Part shown: positions 17,906 to 27,397 of the stretch, piece after piece | Position numbering within the stretch: the stretch's first letter is position 1 | How the letters are laid out: each line of letters begins with the position of its first letter | Origin: an uncultured delta proteobacterium | GTDB lineage: Bacteria > Desulfobacterota > Binatia > Binatales > Binataceae | Direction of reading: 5' to 3' | Length of the DNA: 64,000 bases | NCBI GenBank assembly: GCA_963836955.1 | Contig: CAWILO010000011.1 | Location: 491,703-555,702, forward strand | Made by a program: the position numbers and the translations under genes | Notes under the pieces: generated by a model | The model's input: only the letters and a program-made list of their open reading frames with translations | Told to the model about the DNA's origin: nothing | Databases searched by the model: none

Positions 17906-18982
17906 CTATCTGTCGATACCTACCGCTTCGCTAATAGAACGAAATCCGTCGCGACGGAGCAAGTCTGCCAGTCCCGACTTGATTCTCTCGACCACGCCCG
18001 GACCCTCGTAGATGAGGCCGGTGTACAGCTCGACCAGCGACGCGCCTGCGCGGATGTGCAACCAGGCGTCGGCGGCGCTGGCAATTCCGCCGACGCCGAT
18101 GATCGGGATCTTGCCGCGGGTGTGCGTGTAGATGTCCCGAATCAGCTCGCGCGCGCGAATCTGCAGCGGGCGGCCGCTGAGTCCGCCCGGATGCGGCGAC
18201 GAGACGCCGACAGATTCTCGCGCGACAGTAGTGTTGCACGCTACGATTCCGTCGATGCCGAGAGCGAGCGCCGTCTCGCAGATTCGAAACATCTCGTTGC
18301 GTTCGAGATCAGGCGCAATTTTCATCAGCAGCGGCGTCCGGCGCGGCGATTCGCCGGCATGTTCGCGCAGCGCGGCGAATAGTTCGCGCATCTTCTCCGG
18401 CGATTGCCAGGTACGCAGTCCGGGCGTATTCGGCGAGCTCACGTTGATTACGACGATATCGGCCAACGGCCCCAGGCGCGTCATCAGAGCGGTATAATCG
18501 GCGGCAATCCGGTCGGCGGTGGTGTCTTTGTTGGGACCGAAGTTGAGCGCGAGGCGAATCGAGATCCCAGCCTTGCGAATCCGCTCGATTCGCAATGCGA
18601 CCGCTTCCATCCCTTCGCTGGGAAATCCGAGTTGGTTGATAAGCGCGCGACGCTCGGGCACCCGCCATACTCGCGGCCGGTCGTTTCCGGGTTGGGAGCG
18701 CGGCGTAATCGTCCCCAACTCGGCGAAGCCGAATCCGAGCGTCTCCCATCCGCGGATGGCGACGGCGTCCTTGTCCATCCCGGCTGCGAGGCCAATCGGA
18801 TTGGGAAAATCGATTCCCCAGAGTTTGACTCTCAGCTCAGGCCGGTCCCGCGGCGCGGGCAAAGGCGGCATCGCCGAGAGCATCCACAGCGTCAGCCGAT
18901 GCGCATCTTCGGCGTCACGCGCGAACAGGTATCGTTTCAGGAAGTGCCGATAGACGGCGTCGATTGCTGAAACTGCGGGCAT
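17906..18982 (-). CDS. pyrD: Quinone-dependent dihydroorotate dehydrogenase (class 2)
   Basis: NPIGLAAGMDK, ELGTITP, QPGNDRPR, INVSSPNTPGLR, KIAPD, NTT, GGLSG, ELYTG; start chosen at ATG 18982. Confidence 0.95.
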   Translation of the reverse strand: MPAVSAIDAVYRHFLKRYLFARDAEDAHRLTLWMLSAMPPLPAPRDRPELRVKLWGIDFPNPIGLAAGMDKDAVAIRGWETLGFGFAELGTITPRSQPGNDRPRVWRVPERRALINQLGFPSEGMEAVALRIERIRKAGISIRLALNFGPNKDTTADRIAADYTALMTRLGPLADIVVINVSSPNTPGLRTWQSPEKMRELFAALREHAGESPRRTPLLMKIAPDLERNEMFRICETALALGIDGIVACNTTVARESVGVSSPHPGGLSGRPLQIRARELIRDIYTHTRGKIPIIGVGGIASAADAWLHIRAGASLVELYTGLIYEGPGVVERIKSGLADLLRRDGFRSISEAVGIDR

Positions 18983-19147
18983 GGCGGCTGCAACTGGCAA
19001 TTTCGCAAGCCGGTATGGATTGCGCAATCGAAAGATGGTGTGGATTAAGCAGCGCGCCCCCTGATGCAGTAGCACCGCGGCTTGGAATAAGATTTAGAAG
19101 GGCGGGGCGTAAAGCGTCCCGGCCATCTGCGGGAGGCGTGAGGTCGC

Positions 19148-19975
19148 GTGGAAAATCAGGCGAAAATGCAAGTCAAGTTGATCGATTACGCGCAGCAGCC
19201 GCTGGAGAAACTCTACGCGGCGTTCCGCACCTGCTATTCCTCCGACACGCCGATCGAAGTCTGGGACAAAATCAAATCCGAGAAAATTACTCACGAGAAA
19301 ATTCGCGATTTCATCACCGAGCGGCTCAAGACCGGTCACGCCTCTCCGCTAGAGCAAATTGTTTTCTGGTTCGGGATCGCGAACGTCTCGCGCTCGCTGT
19401 CGCATCAGTTCGTCCGCCATCGGATTGGAATCAGCTTCGAGCAACAGAGTCAGCGCTACGTTAAATTCAAGCAGGACAAGCTCGCCTTCGTGCTGCCGGA
19501 TTCGTGGTCGCGCGCGGGCCTCGAGGATGAATTCTCAGATTTGCTTTCGAAGACGTCCGAGCTTTACGCGAAAGCGTTGAAGGCGGGGATTCCCGCCGAG
19601 GACGCGCGCTTCGTGCTGCCCAACGCAGCGCCGACGAATTTTCACGTGATGGTGAATTTTGCCGAGATGTTGCACATCTGCGATCTGCGCCTGTGCGTGC
19701 GCGCGCAGTGGGAAATCCGCCGGATGGTCGCGATGATGCGCGCGGAAATCAAGCACGTGCTGCCCGAAATAGCGGTTTTCCTGCAGCCCAAGTGCGGCGA
19801 GAATAGGATGGGCTACTGCGACGAGTCGCTCGACGAATGGCAGAAGTGCCCGCTGGGCAAGGTTCGGCCGCACAAGTCGAGCCTGTTCGATCTTTACGAG
19901 CGTTACGGCACGCGCAAGGCGCAGGCCCTGGGCGAAGCCGAGTATCGCGCGGTCGAGGAAAAAGAAACGCTGTAG
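19148..19975 (+). CDS. thyX: FAD-dependent thymidylate synthase
   Basis: GHASPLE, SHQFVRHR..SQRY ThyX motif, EDARFVLP, AQWEIR. Confidence 0.95.
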   Translation: MENQAKMQVKLIDYAQQPLEKLYAAFRTCYSSDTPIEVWDKIKSEKITHEKIRDFITERLKTGHASPLEQIVFWFGIANVSRSLSHQFVRHRIGISFEQQSQRYVKFKQDKLAFVLPDSWSRAGLEDEFSDLLSKTSELYAKALKAGIPAEDARFVLPNAAPTNFHVMVNFAEMLHICDLRLCVRAQWEIRRMVAMMRAEIKHVLPEIAVFLQPKCGENRMGYCDESLDEWQKCPLGKVRPHKSSLFDLYERYGTRKAQALGEAEYRAVEEKETL

Positions 19976-19989
19976 TTTTCCAGATTCCC

Positions 19990-20391
19990 GTGAATGACGA
20001 TTTCCCATCGGCATCGATCGACGATGCGATCGCGGCATTCAATCGCGGTGCGTATTTCGAAGCGGCCGAGATGTTCGAGACTGCCTCGCATAGTGCCGAC
20101 GACAATTTGAAACGACTTGTCGTCGCTTTCAATCAGATCGCGGCGGCGCTCCATCTGCGCTTTGAACGCGGCGGCAGGCAGGCGTCGATCAACCTGATGT
20201 CGCAGGCGATGCTCACACTCGACGATATGAAGCCGACCCGCGGCGGAGTTGACGTCGAGCGGCTGTACGAGGAACTGGCGGCCTACACCGCGGAGGTGCG
20301 TGCGACGCCGCGCGACGAACGCGACGGGCTCAAGCATCGCGCACGAATTTTCCTGGAACGCCGCCGCGCCCCAAAGATCAACCGCCGCTGA
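19990..20391 (+). CDS. DUF309-like helical protein
   Basis: GTG start at 19990; FNRGAYFEAAEMFE..QIAAALH pattern. Confidence 0.7.
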   Translation: MNDDFPSASIDDAIAAFNRGAYFEAAEMFETASHSADDNLKRLVVAFNQIAAALHLRFERGGRQASINLMSQAMLTLDDMKPTRGGVDVERLYEELAAYTAEVRATPRDERDGLKHRARIFLERRRAPKINRR

Positions 20392-20396
20392 CCGCC

Positions 20397-21269
20397 GTGA
20401 ATATCACGCACGAACAGATCTCTGACGGACTCAAGCGCGCGCGCTACGTCACCAACGAACGCGTCGAGACGGCGATCTTCCTGGCGCTCGCGCTCGGAAA
20501 GCCGCTCCTGATTGAGGGTCCCGCCGGCGCGGGCAAGACCGAAGTCGCGAAAGTGCTGGCGGAAATTCTCCACACCGAGCTCATCCGGCTCCAATGTTAC
20601 GAGGGACTCGACGAGGCTCGCGCGCTCTACGAATGGAACTATCAGAAACAACTCTTGCGCATGCAGGCCGACGAGCAGCAGGGTTTGCGATGGGAGGAGT
20701 TGAGCGAGCACATCTTCTCGCGCGATTTTTTACTGGAACGCCCTCTGCTCAGAGCGATCACGTCACCGAGCCGGGTCGTGCTGCTGATCGACGAAGTCGA
20801 CAAGGCCGACGAAGAGTTCGAAGCCTTTCTGCTGGAGCTGCTTTCCGACTTCCAGGTGAGCGTTCCCGAATTGGGAACGTTGAAAGCCCGCGAGCGGCCC
20901 GCCGTGATTCTGACCTCGAATCGCGCGCGCGAACTGTCGGAGGCGCTGCGGCGCCGATGCCTGCATCTGTTCATCGATTTTCCGGGGACCGAGCAGGAGC
21001 GAAAAATTATCGAGCTCAAGGTGCCCGAACTCGAAGCGAAGCTGGCGGCCGAGGCTGCGCGTTTTGTCGGCGCGATCCGCAAACTCGGACTGCGCAAGCC
21101 GCCCTCGATTGCCGAGACTCTCGACTGGGCGCGCGCGCTCGTGCGGCTGGGTGTGCGCGAACTCGACACCGACGCAGTGCGCACGGCGCTCGGCGTGCTG
21201 CTCAAGCACGAAGACGATCGCGCCAAGGTGGAGGCGAAGGCCTCGGCGCTCGCGCCACGCAGGCGATGA
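20397..21269 (+). CDS. MoxR/CoxD-type AAA+ ATPase
   Basis: LIEGPAGAGKT, RLQCYEGLD, YEWNY, LLIDEVDK, TSN, LRRRC. Confidence 0.93.
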   Translation: MNITHEQISDGLKRARYVTNERVETAIFLALALGKPLLIEGPAGAGKTEVAKVLAEILHTELIRLQCYEGLDEARALYEWNYQKQLLRMQADEQQGLRWEELSEHIFSRDFLLERPLLRAITSPSRVVLLIDEVDKADEEFEAFLLELLSDFQVSVPELGTLKARERPAVILTSNRARELSEALRRRCLHLFIDFPGTEQERKIIELKVPELEAKLAAEAARFVGAIRKLGLRKPPSIAETLDWARALVRLGVRELDTDAVRTALGVLLKHEDDRAKVEAKASALAPRRR

Positions 21270-21286
21270 ATCCGCGACGTTGTTAG

Positions 21287-22543
21287 ATGGCCCGGCTTCG
21301 CGATCAGCTCGTCAGCTTCATCGCCGCGTTGCGAGACGCCGGCGTCAGAATCTCGGTTGCGGAATCGATCGACGCGATGAACGCGGTCGCGGCAGTTGGA
21401 TTGGAACGCTCGCGGATGCACGAAGCGCTGGCGGCGGCTCTGATCAAAGACGAAGCCGACCGCGCGATCTTCGACGAATCGTTCAATCGTTTTTTCGCCG
21501 CGCCACGGGCAGCTCGCGGAGAGCATCCCGATCAACGTGGCGATCAAGTCTCTGCTGCCAGCGGACGTGGCCGGCCCGGCGAGGATCCGTCACCGCGCGA
21601 AGAACCGCTGCCGCGAAAGCCAGAGGAGCCGCGCGGTTCCGCGCTCGCCAGACATCGCGATAAGAAATCTCAGCCGTCGGAAGCGAAACCATCCACGGAA
21701 ACGACGTCGCCTCGCGAAGACGCAGAAGATGGAAAGCGCGATTCCGATCGAATGCGCGACCATGAGAGTCGCGCGTCGGATTCGCACGACGAATCGCCCA
21801 CGCCCGGCATCGACGCCGCACGCGTTGCGCGTCTCCGCGCGATCGAGCGGATGCCCTTCGACAGACTCTCCGACGTTGACTACGACGACGCGCGCGACGC
21901 GCTCGCGCCGTTGATTCGCCGCTTCCGGATTCGGCTGGGACGGCGGCTGCGACTCGCGCGGACCGGCAGGATCGACTTCCGGCGTACGATTCGCTCGGCG
22001 GTGCAGCGCGGCGGCGCGCTGATCGATTTGAACTTCCGCGCGCGAAGGCCGCGCCACGTGGATCTCGTTATCCTCGCGGACATCTCGGGTTCCGTCCGTT
22101 ATGCTGCGCAGTTGATGCTCGAATTGATGGCGGGCGCGCGCGAATGCTTCCGCCGCGTCAGCAGTTTCGTGTACGTGGACCATCTGGCGGAAGCGGACTT
22201 CGAGCAGGGCCACCTGGTCATGACGCCCGCGCTTGATCTGTACGCGCGCTCGGATTTCGGGCGCGTGCTCGGCGAGCTGTGGCAGCGTCGAACTGGATTG
22301 CTGACGCGCAGCACGATCGTCGTGATAATGGGCGACGGCCGCAACAATCGGCTGCCGGCGCGCGCCGACTTGATTCGCGAGATCGCGCGGACCTGCCGCG
22401 CCGTCGTGTGGCTGAATCCGGAAGATCCCGCGCGCTGGGGCACCGGCGACAGCGCGATCAAACAATACGCGCGCGAAGTGAACGCCGTGGTGCCGTCGCG
22501 AAATCTGCGCGAGCTTCAGGTTGCGCTGACCGCAATCGCCTGA
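21287..22543 (+). CDS. CoxE-like vWA domain protein
   Basis: LRDAGVRIS N-terminus; IDFRRTIR; ADISGSV MIDAS; GDGRNN; WLNPE. Confidence 0.9.
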   Translation: MARLRDQLVSFIAALRDAGVRISVAESIDAMNAVAAVGLERSRMHEALAAALIKDEADRAIFDESFNRFFAAPRAARGEHPDQRGDQVSAASGRGRPGEDPSPREEPLPRKPEEPRGSALARHRDKKSQPSEAKPSTETTSPREDAEDGKRDSDRMRDHESRASDSHDESPTPGIDAARVARLRAIERMPFDRLSDVDYDDARDALAPLIRRFRIRLGRRLRLARTGRIDFRRTIRSAVQRGGALIDLNFRARRPRHVDLVILADISGSVRYAAQLMLELMAGARECFRRVSSFVYVDHLAEADFEQGHLVMTPALDLYARSDFGRVLGELWQRRTGLLTRSTIVVIMGDGRNNRLPARADLIREIARTCRAVVWLNPEDPARWGTGDSAIKQYAREVNAVVPSRNLRELQVALTAIA

Positions 22544-24049
22544 TCAGAAGTCGAACAGCTCGCGCATCTTGTTGAGCAGCCATCGATGCGGCCCGCCTCT
22601 GCCGTCCAGGGTATCGCCGGATGCCAGCTTTTCCAGCCGCTCGCGGTTTCGCTCAGTGATAATGTCGCCCATGCCGGCGGCGGCGTCGGGATGCTCTTTG
22701 AAAAGCCGCACGAATCCCTCGCGGTCCATCTCGATTACTTCCAGGTCGGTGATCGCGCGGACACTTGCGGTGCGCGGTTCTCCGGTCATCAGCGCCATCT
22801 CGCCAGTGAAATCTCCGCGAGTAATTTTGGCGATGTGGCGGACCTGGCCGTCGGCAGTGTGACCGAATACTTCGGCCGTTCCGCTGCGCAAGATGAACAT
22901 CGAGTCGCCTTGCTCGTCCTGGCGCACCAGCAGCTCACCTGCGCCAAACTGGCGCACCTCTACGGTCGGTACCAGCAATCGGAGTTCATCGTCGCTGAGC
23001 TTGCGCAGCCAATCGACCTGGCGCAGGTCGGCCATCAGCTCCCGCTCGAACTGTGCGTCGGCCTTCTCGTCTTCGTCGCGGCCGGCGTCGCGCACATGGA
23101 CGGTGCGAGTCGGGAACGGAATCTCGATCGAATGGCGCCGCAGCGCGTACCAGAGGTTCGACGCGACGCGATCGCGCACGTGTTCCTGCACGCCGTAGTC
23201 CGCGATCCAGTACTTGATCCGGTACTCGATCGCGAAATCGGAATAATTCCACGCCAAAACTTCGGGCGGCGGATCGCGCAACACTTGCGGCACGTCGCGC
23301 AGCAGGGTGAGCACGACTTCGCGCACGTGATTGGGCGGCACGCCGTAACTTATTCCGACCGAAATCTCGTCGCGCACCGAGCCGGTCGCGTAGTTGAACA
23401 GCACGCCCTTTGCAATCACGGAATTGGGAATCTCGAGCCGCTCGCCGGCGCGGGTTACGATCGTCGTAGCACGCCATGCGATTCCCTTGACGCGCCCGAC
23501 ATGCGTGCCGCTTCGAATCCAGTCGCCCGGATCGAAGGGACGTCCCATCGACAGCGAAAGGCCGCTGAAAATATTGCCGAGAGTCTCCTGCAACGCGAAG
23601 CCGAGGACCGCGGCGAATACCGTGGTGGTCGTCAGAATCGAGAGCGGCTGCACCCCAAAATCCGTGTACAGCACCGCCATCAGAACGACGAACCACAACA
23701 TGAGCATCAGCAGGTCTTTGCCGATGGTCGAGAAGTGGACCTTGCCGCGCCGAGTCATCGCGTCGACGAACTCGAGCACCAGCCGGATCACGCCGAACAG
23801 GAAAAGCACGAACGCCGCGACCGCGACCTTCTGGCCGACGTCCTCGTTTGGAATGAAGCGCGAGCCGGTGTCGATGAGCACGCTGCCCGACAGCAGCAGG
23901 AATGTCGTCGAGGTCACAGCGCGCCGGCGCCGGCGTACGGCGAAGGCGCCCAGCAGGCCGAACAGCACCAGCGCGCTTTCGACGATGCCGCGCAAGTCGC
24001 GATGCACCGCGGTCAATCCCAGCATCTGCTGCAGCGGCGTCGCGCCCAT
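22544..24049 (-). CDS. MscS-family mechanosensitive channel with C-terminal cyclic-nucleotide-binding domain
   Basis: GFALQETLGNIFSG..PFDPGDWI..IPNS; then QDEQGDSMFIL..GDFTGEMALMTGEPRTASV. Confidence 0.92.
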   Translation of the reverse strand: MGATPLQQMLGLTAVHRDLRGIVESALVLFGLLGAFAVRRRRRAVTSTTFLLLSGSVLIDTGSRFIPNEDVGQKVAVAAFVLFLFGVIRLVLEFVDAMTRRGKVHFSTIGKDLLMLMLWFVVLMAVLYTDFGVQPLSILTTTTVFAAVLGFALQETLGNIFSGLSLSMGRPFDPGDWIRSGTHVGRVKGIAWRATTIVTRAGERLEIPNSVIAKGVLFNYATGSVRDEISVGISYGVPPNHVREVVLTLLRDVPQVLRDPPPEVLAWNYSDFAIEYRIKYWIADYGVQEHVRDRVASNLWYALRRHSIEIPFPTRTVHVRDAGRDEDEKADAQFERELMADLRQVDWLRKLSDDELRLLVPTVEVRQFGAGELLVRQDEQGDSMFILRSGTAEVFGHTADGQVRHIAKITRGDFTGEMALMTGEPRTASVRAITDLEVIEMDREGFVRLFKEHPDAAAGMGDIITERNRERLEKLASGDTLDGRGGPHRWLLNKMRELFDF

Positions 24050-24052
24050 CGT

Positions 24053-25225
24053 TCAGATCCCCGCGGCCTCCGCGATTTCGTCGAGCAGTTTCACCGCGTC
24101 GAAATACTCGACCGCTATCTCACGCGCGGCGCGGGCGTGGCTCGGGTAATCAGCGTTGATTTTCCGAATCGCATCGACAGCTTCGTCGGGAGTATCGAAT
24201 CCGAGCAGCCCTGCGCCGGTAGGGACGAACTTTTCAAATCCGGTTTTCTGCGTGACGACCGGACGTCCCGCCGCCAGGTAGCAGACCGTGCGATCGCTGA
24301 ACCATCCGGTGCGCGGCCTCACGTAGATATCTTTCGCCACCGTGAACTCACCGCGCGAACGGCTGATGTACTCGCGATAGACATCGATATCCAGCGACAT
24401 CGGCACCACCGGCGTGACGCTGAACCCACCGGCGATCGCGCGATCATAATCGGGACCTTCGGTCAGGTTGGTGGCGAGCTCTATTGGCTGATTCGCGCGC
24501 GCCGCGACCTCGAGCGCCTTGCGAAAATTCAGATGCTTGGACCAGTAGTAGGTCTCGCCCTTGATTTCCATGTCGCTGCCGTTGTTCTGCCAAGTCCCAA
24601 CGGTCGTGAACGTAGACGGCTCCGCCGGTCCGACGCCCGGATGCCACTCGTCGAGACTCACCGGTGGGCGTGTGGGATGCCAATCGAGTCCCGCTGTCGG
24701 CAGCAGGCAATCCGGCGCGCCGATATTGTAGCAATACGTGAAGAACAGTTTGTGCGATCTGGCGAAGGCCACGGTGGTCGGAATCTTGCGCGCGAGCTCG
24801 AGCTGGAAAACTCCCGGATCGGTTTCGAGGTACGTCAGGCATCGGCTGCGCTGGTGCTCGTCGCGCGGCTCGGTCGCACCGCAAAGATTGATGACCGCGT
24901 CGGCGTCGCGAAACAGATCCATGCATCGTTCGCGCGACATCCCGATGTACTCATTCTTCACCGAGTCCAGGAACGCCCACCGGTCGCCGAAGCCGTAGCG
25001 CTCAAGCACGCCGCCCAGGACTTTCAGGTTGCGCGACGGGTCCGTGGTGGTCGTTTCGATCGTCGGATCGTACACGTACGCGCGATGATCCTCGATGTAG
25101 TAAACGTCGAGACCGAGCTGCCGGAACGCCAACAGGTGATGGATCAACTGCCAGATCACCCCCGCGAACGGGTATCGCGCCGCCAGATGCAGCACGACGA
25201 CTTTACCCTTGCGCTTGCCATTCAC
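24053..25225 (-). CDS. Hypothetical protein, GT-B/glycosyltransferase-like
   Basis: 390-aa ORF with coding-like composition; C-terminal GWFSDRTVCYLAAGRPVVTQKTGF..GLLGF resembles a GT-B nucleotide-binding region. Confidence 0.55.
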   Translation of the reverse strand: MNGKRKGKVVVLHLAARYPFAGVIWQLIHHLLAFRQLGLDVYYIEDHRAYVYDPTIETTTTDPSRNLKVLGGVLERYGFGDRWAFLDSVKNEYIGMSRERCMDLFRDADAVINLCGATEPRDEHQRSRCLTYLETDPGVFQLELARKIPTTVAFARSHKLFFTYCYNIGAPDCLLPTAGLDWHPTRPPVSLDEWHPGVGPAEPSTFTTVGTWQNNGSDMEIKGETYYWSKHLNFRKALEVAARANQPIELATNLTEGPDYDRAIAGGFSVTPVVPMSLDIDVYREYISRSRGEFTVAKDIYVRPRTGWFSDRTVCYLAAGRPVVTQKTGFEKFVPTGAGLLGFDTPDEAVDAIRKINADYPSHARAAREIAVEYFDAVKLLDEIAEAAGI

Positions 25226-25262
25226 CTTTTCCGTGGCGATTTTAGTCCGCGCTCCTCGATCA

Positions 25263-25904
25263 TCATAGTTGGGCGGCGCGGCCTGCGGCTATCCGCTCCA
25301 GCTCGCTCCGCAAGCTGGACACCGCAATCCGCCGCTGGCTGACTTGGGCCTCTTCCTCATCGCCAAGTTCGCCCAGATAACAGTTGCGTTCGGAGATGAC
25401 CAGCACCGCGCGATACGGAAATCCCGCTCGAATCTCGGGGTACGCACGCTCGGCGATTACGCCCTCGATTGCGCCCTCCGCCGTCTTCTCGCGGACGACG
25501 CCGCCCTCCTCGTGTATCAGCGCAATCGTCGCACGAATTCGCGCCGTGCGCCGCGCCGCCTCGACGCCCTTCATCCGGCGGATAACCTCATCGACCAGAG
25601 CCTGATCCGAATCGTCGGCACCCGAACCGAGCCATCGATGCGATCGCACGCCGGGCTCTCCGCCGAGCGCGTCGATCTCGAGACCGCCATCGTCGGCGAG
25701 CGTCGCGATTCGCGCGCGCTGAAAATAAAAACGCGCCTTGAGCAGCGCGTTCTCGGCGAAAGTCGCGCCGGTTTCGTCGGGAGTTTCGGAAATCTGCAGG
25801 TCCGCGAGCGACACCAGCTCGAGATCGATGCCGACGGCGCGCAGGATCAATCGGTACTCAGCAAGTTTCGCCGGATTCGTAGTCGCAATCAGTAGCCGTG
25901 GCAT
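25263..25904 (-). CDS. rdgB: HAM1/RdgB-family non-canonical purine NTP pyrophosphatase (divergent)
   Basis: IATTNPAK, ETGATFAENALLKA, LADDGGLEIDALGGEPGVRS; C-terminal SQR where SHR is usual. Confidence 0.8.
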   Translation of the reverse strand: MPRLLIATTNPAKLAEYRLILRAVGIDLELVSLADLQISETPDETGATFAENALLKARFYFQRARIATLADDGGLEIDALGGEPGVRSHRWLGSGADDSDQALVDEVIRRMKGVEAARRTARIRATIALIHEEGGVVREKTAEGAIEGVIAERAYPEIRAGFPYRAVLVISERNCYLGELGDEEEAQVSQRRIAVSSLRSELERIAAGRAAQL

Positions 25905-25908
25905 CGGC

Positions 25909-27087
25909 TCAGTTACCGGGCTTGCCAGGAGTTTTAGGCTGGTAAGTGATCTTGAATGAGTCGCGCTCGCGACGCTCCTCGACGGCTAGCTCGATCAGCC
26001 GATCGATAAGCTGTGGCAACGGCAAGCCCGACGCCTCCCACAACTTCGGATACATGCTGATGGCGGTGAAGCCGGGAATCGTATTCACCTCGTTCACGTA
26101 GATCTGGCGCAAATCGCGGCTCGCCAGAAAATCGACGCGCGCCATCCCCCGCAGCGACAGCGCCTTGAACGCCGCCACCGACATCGCGCGCAACTTCTTC
26201 GCCGTGGCGGTCGGCAACTCGGCGGGAATCTTTATCGCGGAGCCTTCGGGATCGACGTACTTCGACTCGTAGTCGTAAAACTCGTACGAGCCCTTCACCA
26301 GCACCTCGCCCGGCACCGACGCCTCGGGGCGATCGTTGCCGAGAACAGAGCACTCGAACTCGCGGCCCTCGCACGAAGCTTCGATCAGTGCCTTGCGATC
26401 GTACTGGAACGCGTCGTCGAGCGCGGCCTTGAGATCGGCGGCGCGCTTCACCTTGCTGATTCCGATCGACGAACCCAGCGCGTTGGGCTTGACGAACACC
26501 GGGTAGCCAATTTTTCGCGCGAGCCGCGCGCCCAGCTCCGGAGTTTCGTTATAGTCGGTGCGATCGATCGCGAAATATTTCACTACTGCGACGCCGGCAT
26601 CGCGCAGCAGGCGCTTCTGCGCATCCTTGTCCATCCCAAGAGCCGAGCCGAGCACGCCCGCTCCCACGTATGCGATTCCCGCCAGCTCGAACAGCCCCTG
26701 CACGGTGCCGTCCTCGCCGTAGGTGCCATGCAACACCGGGAACACCACGTCCAGGCCTGGAATCGAATCTTGGGTGCGCGTCAAATCACCGCCCGCGCCA
26801 TCCGCGGGAGTCGCGACCAGGGATTTTCCCTCCGGATGCGGCAGCAGAGTTACCTGGGTGCTGCCCGCGCTGAGCGCGGCGAGATGCGGTGTCTTTTCGG
26901 CGAGCAGCTTCAGCGCGTTGCGTTCGAGGAACCAGCGCCCGTCGCGGCCGATGCCAATCGGAACGATCTCGTATCGCGCGGGATCCATCGCCGACATTAC
27001 CGTCAGCGCGGAGCGCAGCGAAATTTCATGCTCGCTCGAGCGTCCCCCGAACAAGACGCCGACTCTGAGTCGCCTTTTTTCTGCCAT
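25909..27087 (-). CDS. ddl: D-alanine--D-alanine ligase
   Basis: [54 protein letters not shown]. Confidence 0.97.
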   Translation of the reverse strand: MAEKRRLRVGVLFGGRSSEHEISLRSALTVMSAMDPARYEIVPIGIGRDGRWFLERNALKLLAEKTPHLAALSAGSTQVTLLPHPEGKSLVATPADGAGGDLTRTQDSIPGLDVVFPVLHGTYGEDGTVQGLFELAGIAYVGAGVLGSALGMDKDAQKRLLRDAGVAVVKYFAIDRTDYNETPELGARLARKIGYPVFVKPNALGSSIGISKVKRAADLKAALDDAFQYDRKALIEASCEGREFECSVLGNDRPEASVPGEVLVKGSYEFYDYESKYVDPEGSAIKIPAELPTATAKKLRAMSVAAFKALSLRGMARVDFLASRDLRQIYVNEVNTIPGFTAISMYPKLWEASGLPLPQLIDRLIELAVEERRERDSFKITYQPKTPGKPGN

Positions 27088-27125
27088 CGTGCCGCCGCCC
27101 CCGCCCGCAGAGGAACTTAATTGTA

Positions 27126-27370
27126 GTGAAACCCGCGATGGGTTTCACACTTCTCTCGGCAGGGGTGACCCCTGCACGCAGTGAAGGGAAAGATGGTTCT
27201 TATGACCGTTCCCCCTTACCGCACGGGAAGAGGAACCGGACACGGAGAGGGAACCGGATTTCCGGCGACCGAGAGCAAAGTAGCGCGCTGCGCGCAACTT
27301 TGCGATTGATACCGGGTGCAGGGGTTACCCCTGCCGAAGGAAGTGTGAAACCCACCGCGGGTTTCACATT
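27126..27370. repeat. Family A repeats: partial reverse copy (27126-27177) plus a forward copy (about 27208-27370), together a long inverted repeat
   Basis: GTGAAACCCGCGATGGGTTTCACAC..GCAGGGGTGACCCCTGCAC is the inverse of the right end of the forward copy at 27317-27370. Confidence 0.93.
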
Positions 27371-27397
27371 TAATGACGTTCCTACTCCGCGCCCGCG

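Noticed and set aside
22586-25342. 918-aa plus-strand ORF
   Set aside because: Mirrors two genuine minus-strand genes; no motifs.
8898-27370. Family A repeats as a CRISPR array or as IS ends
   Set aside because: Copies are dispersed, longer than 140 bp and without spacers; no cas or transposase gene lies between any pair.
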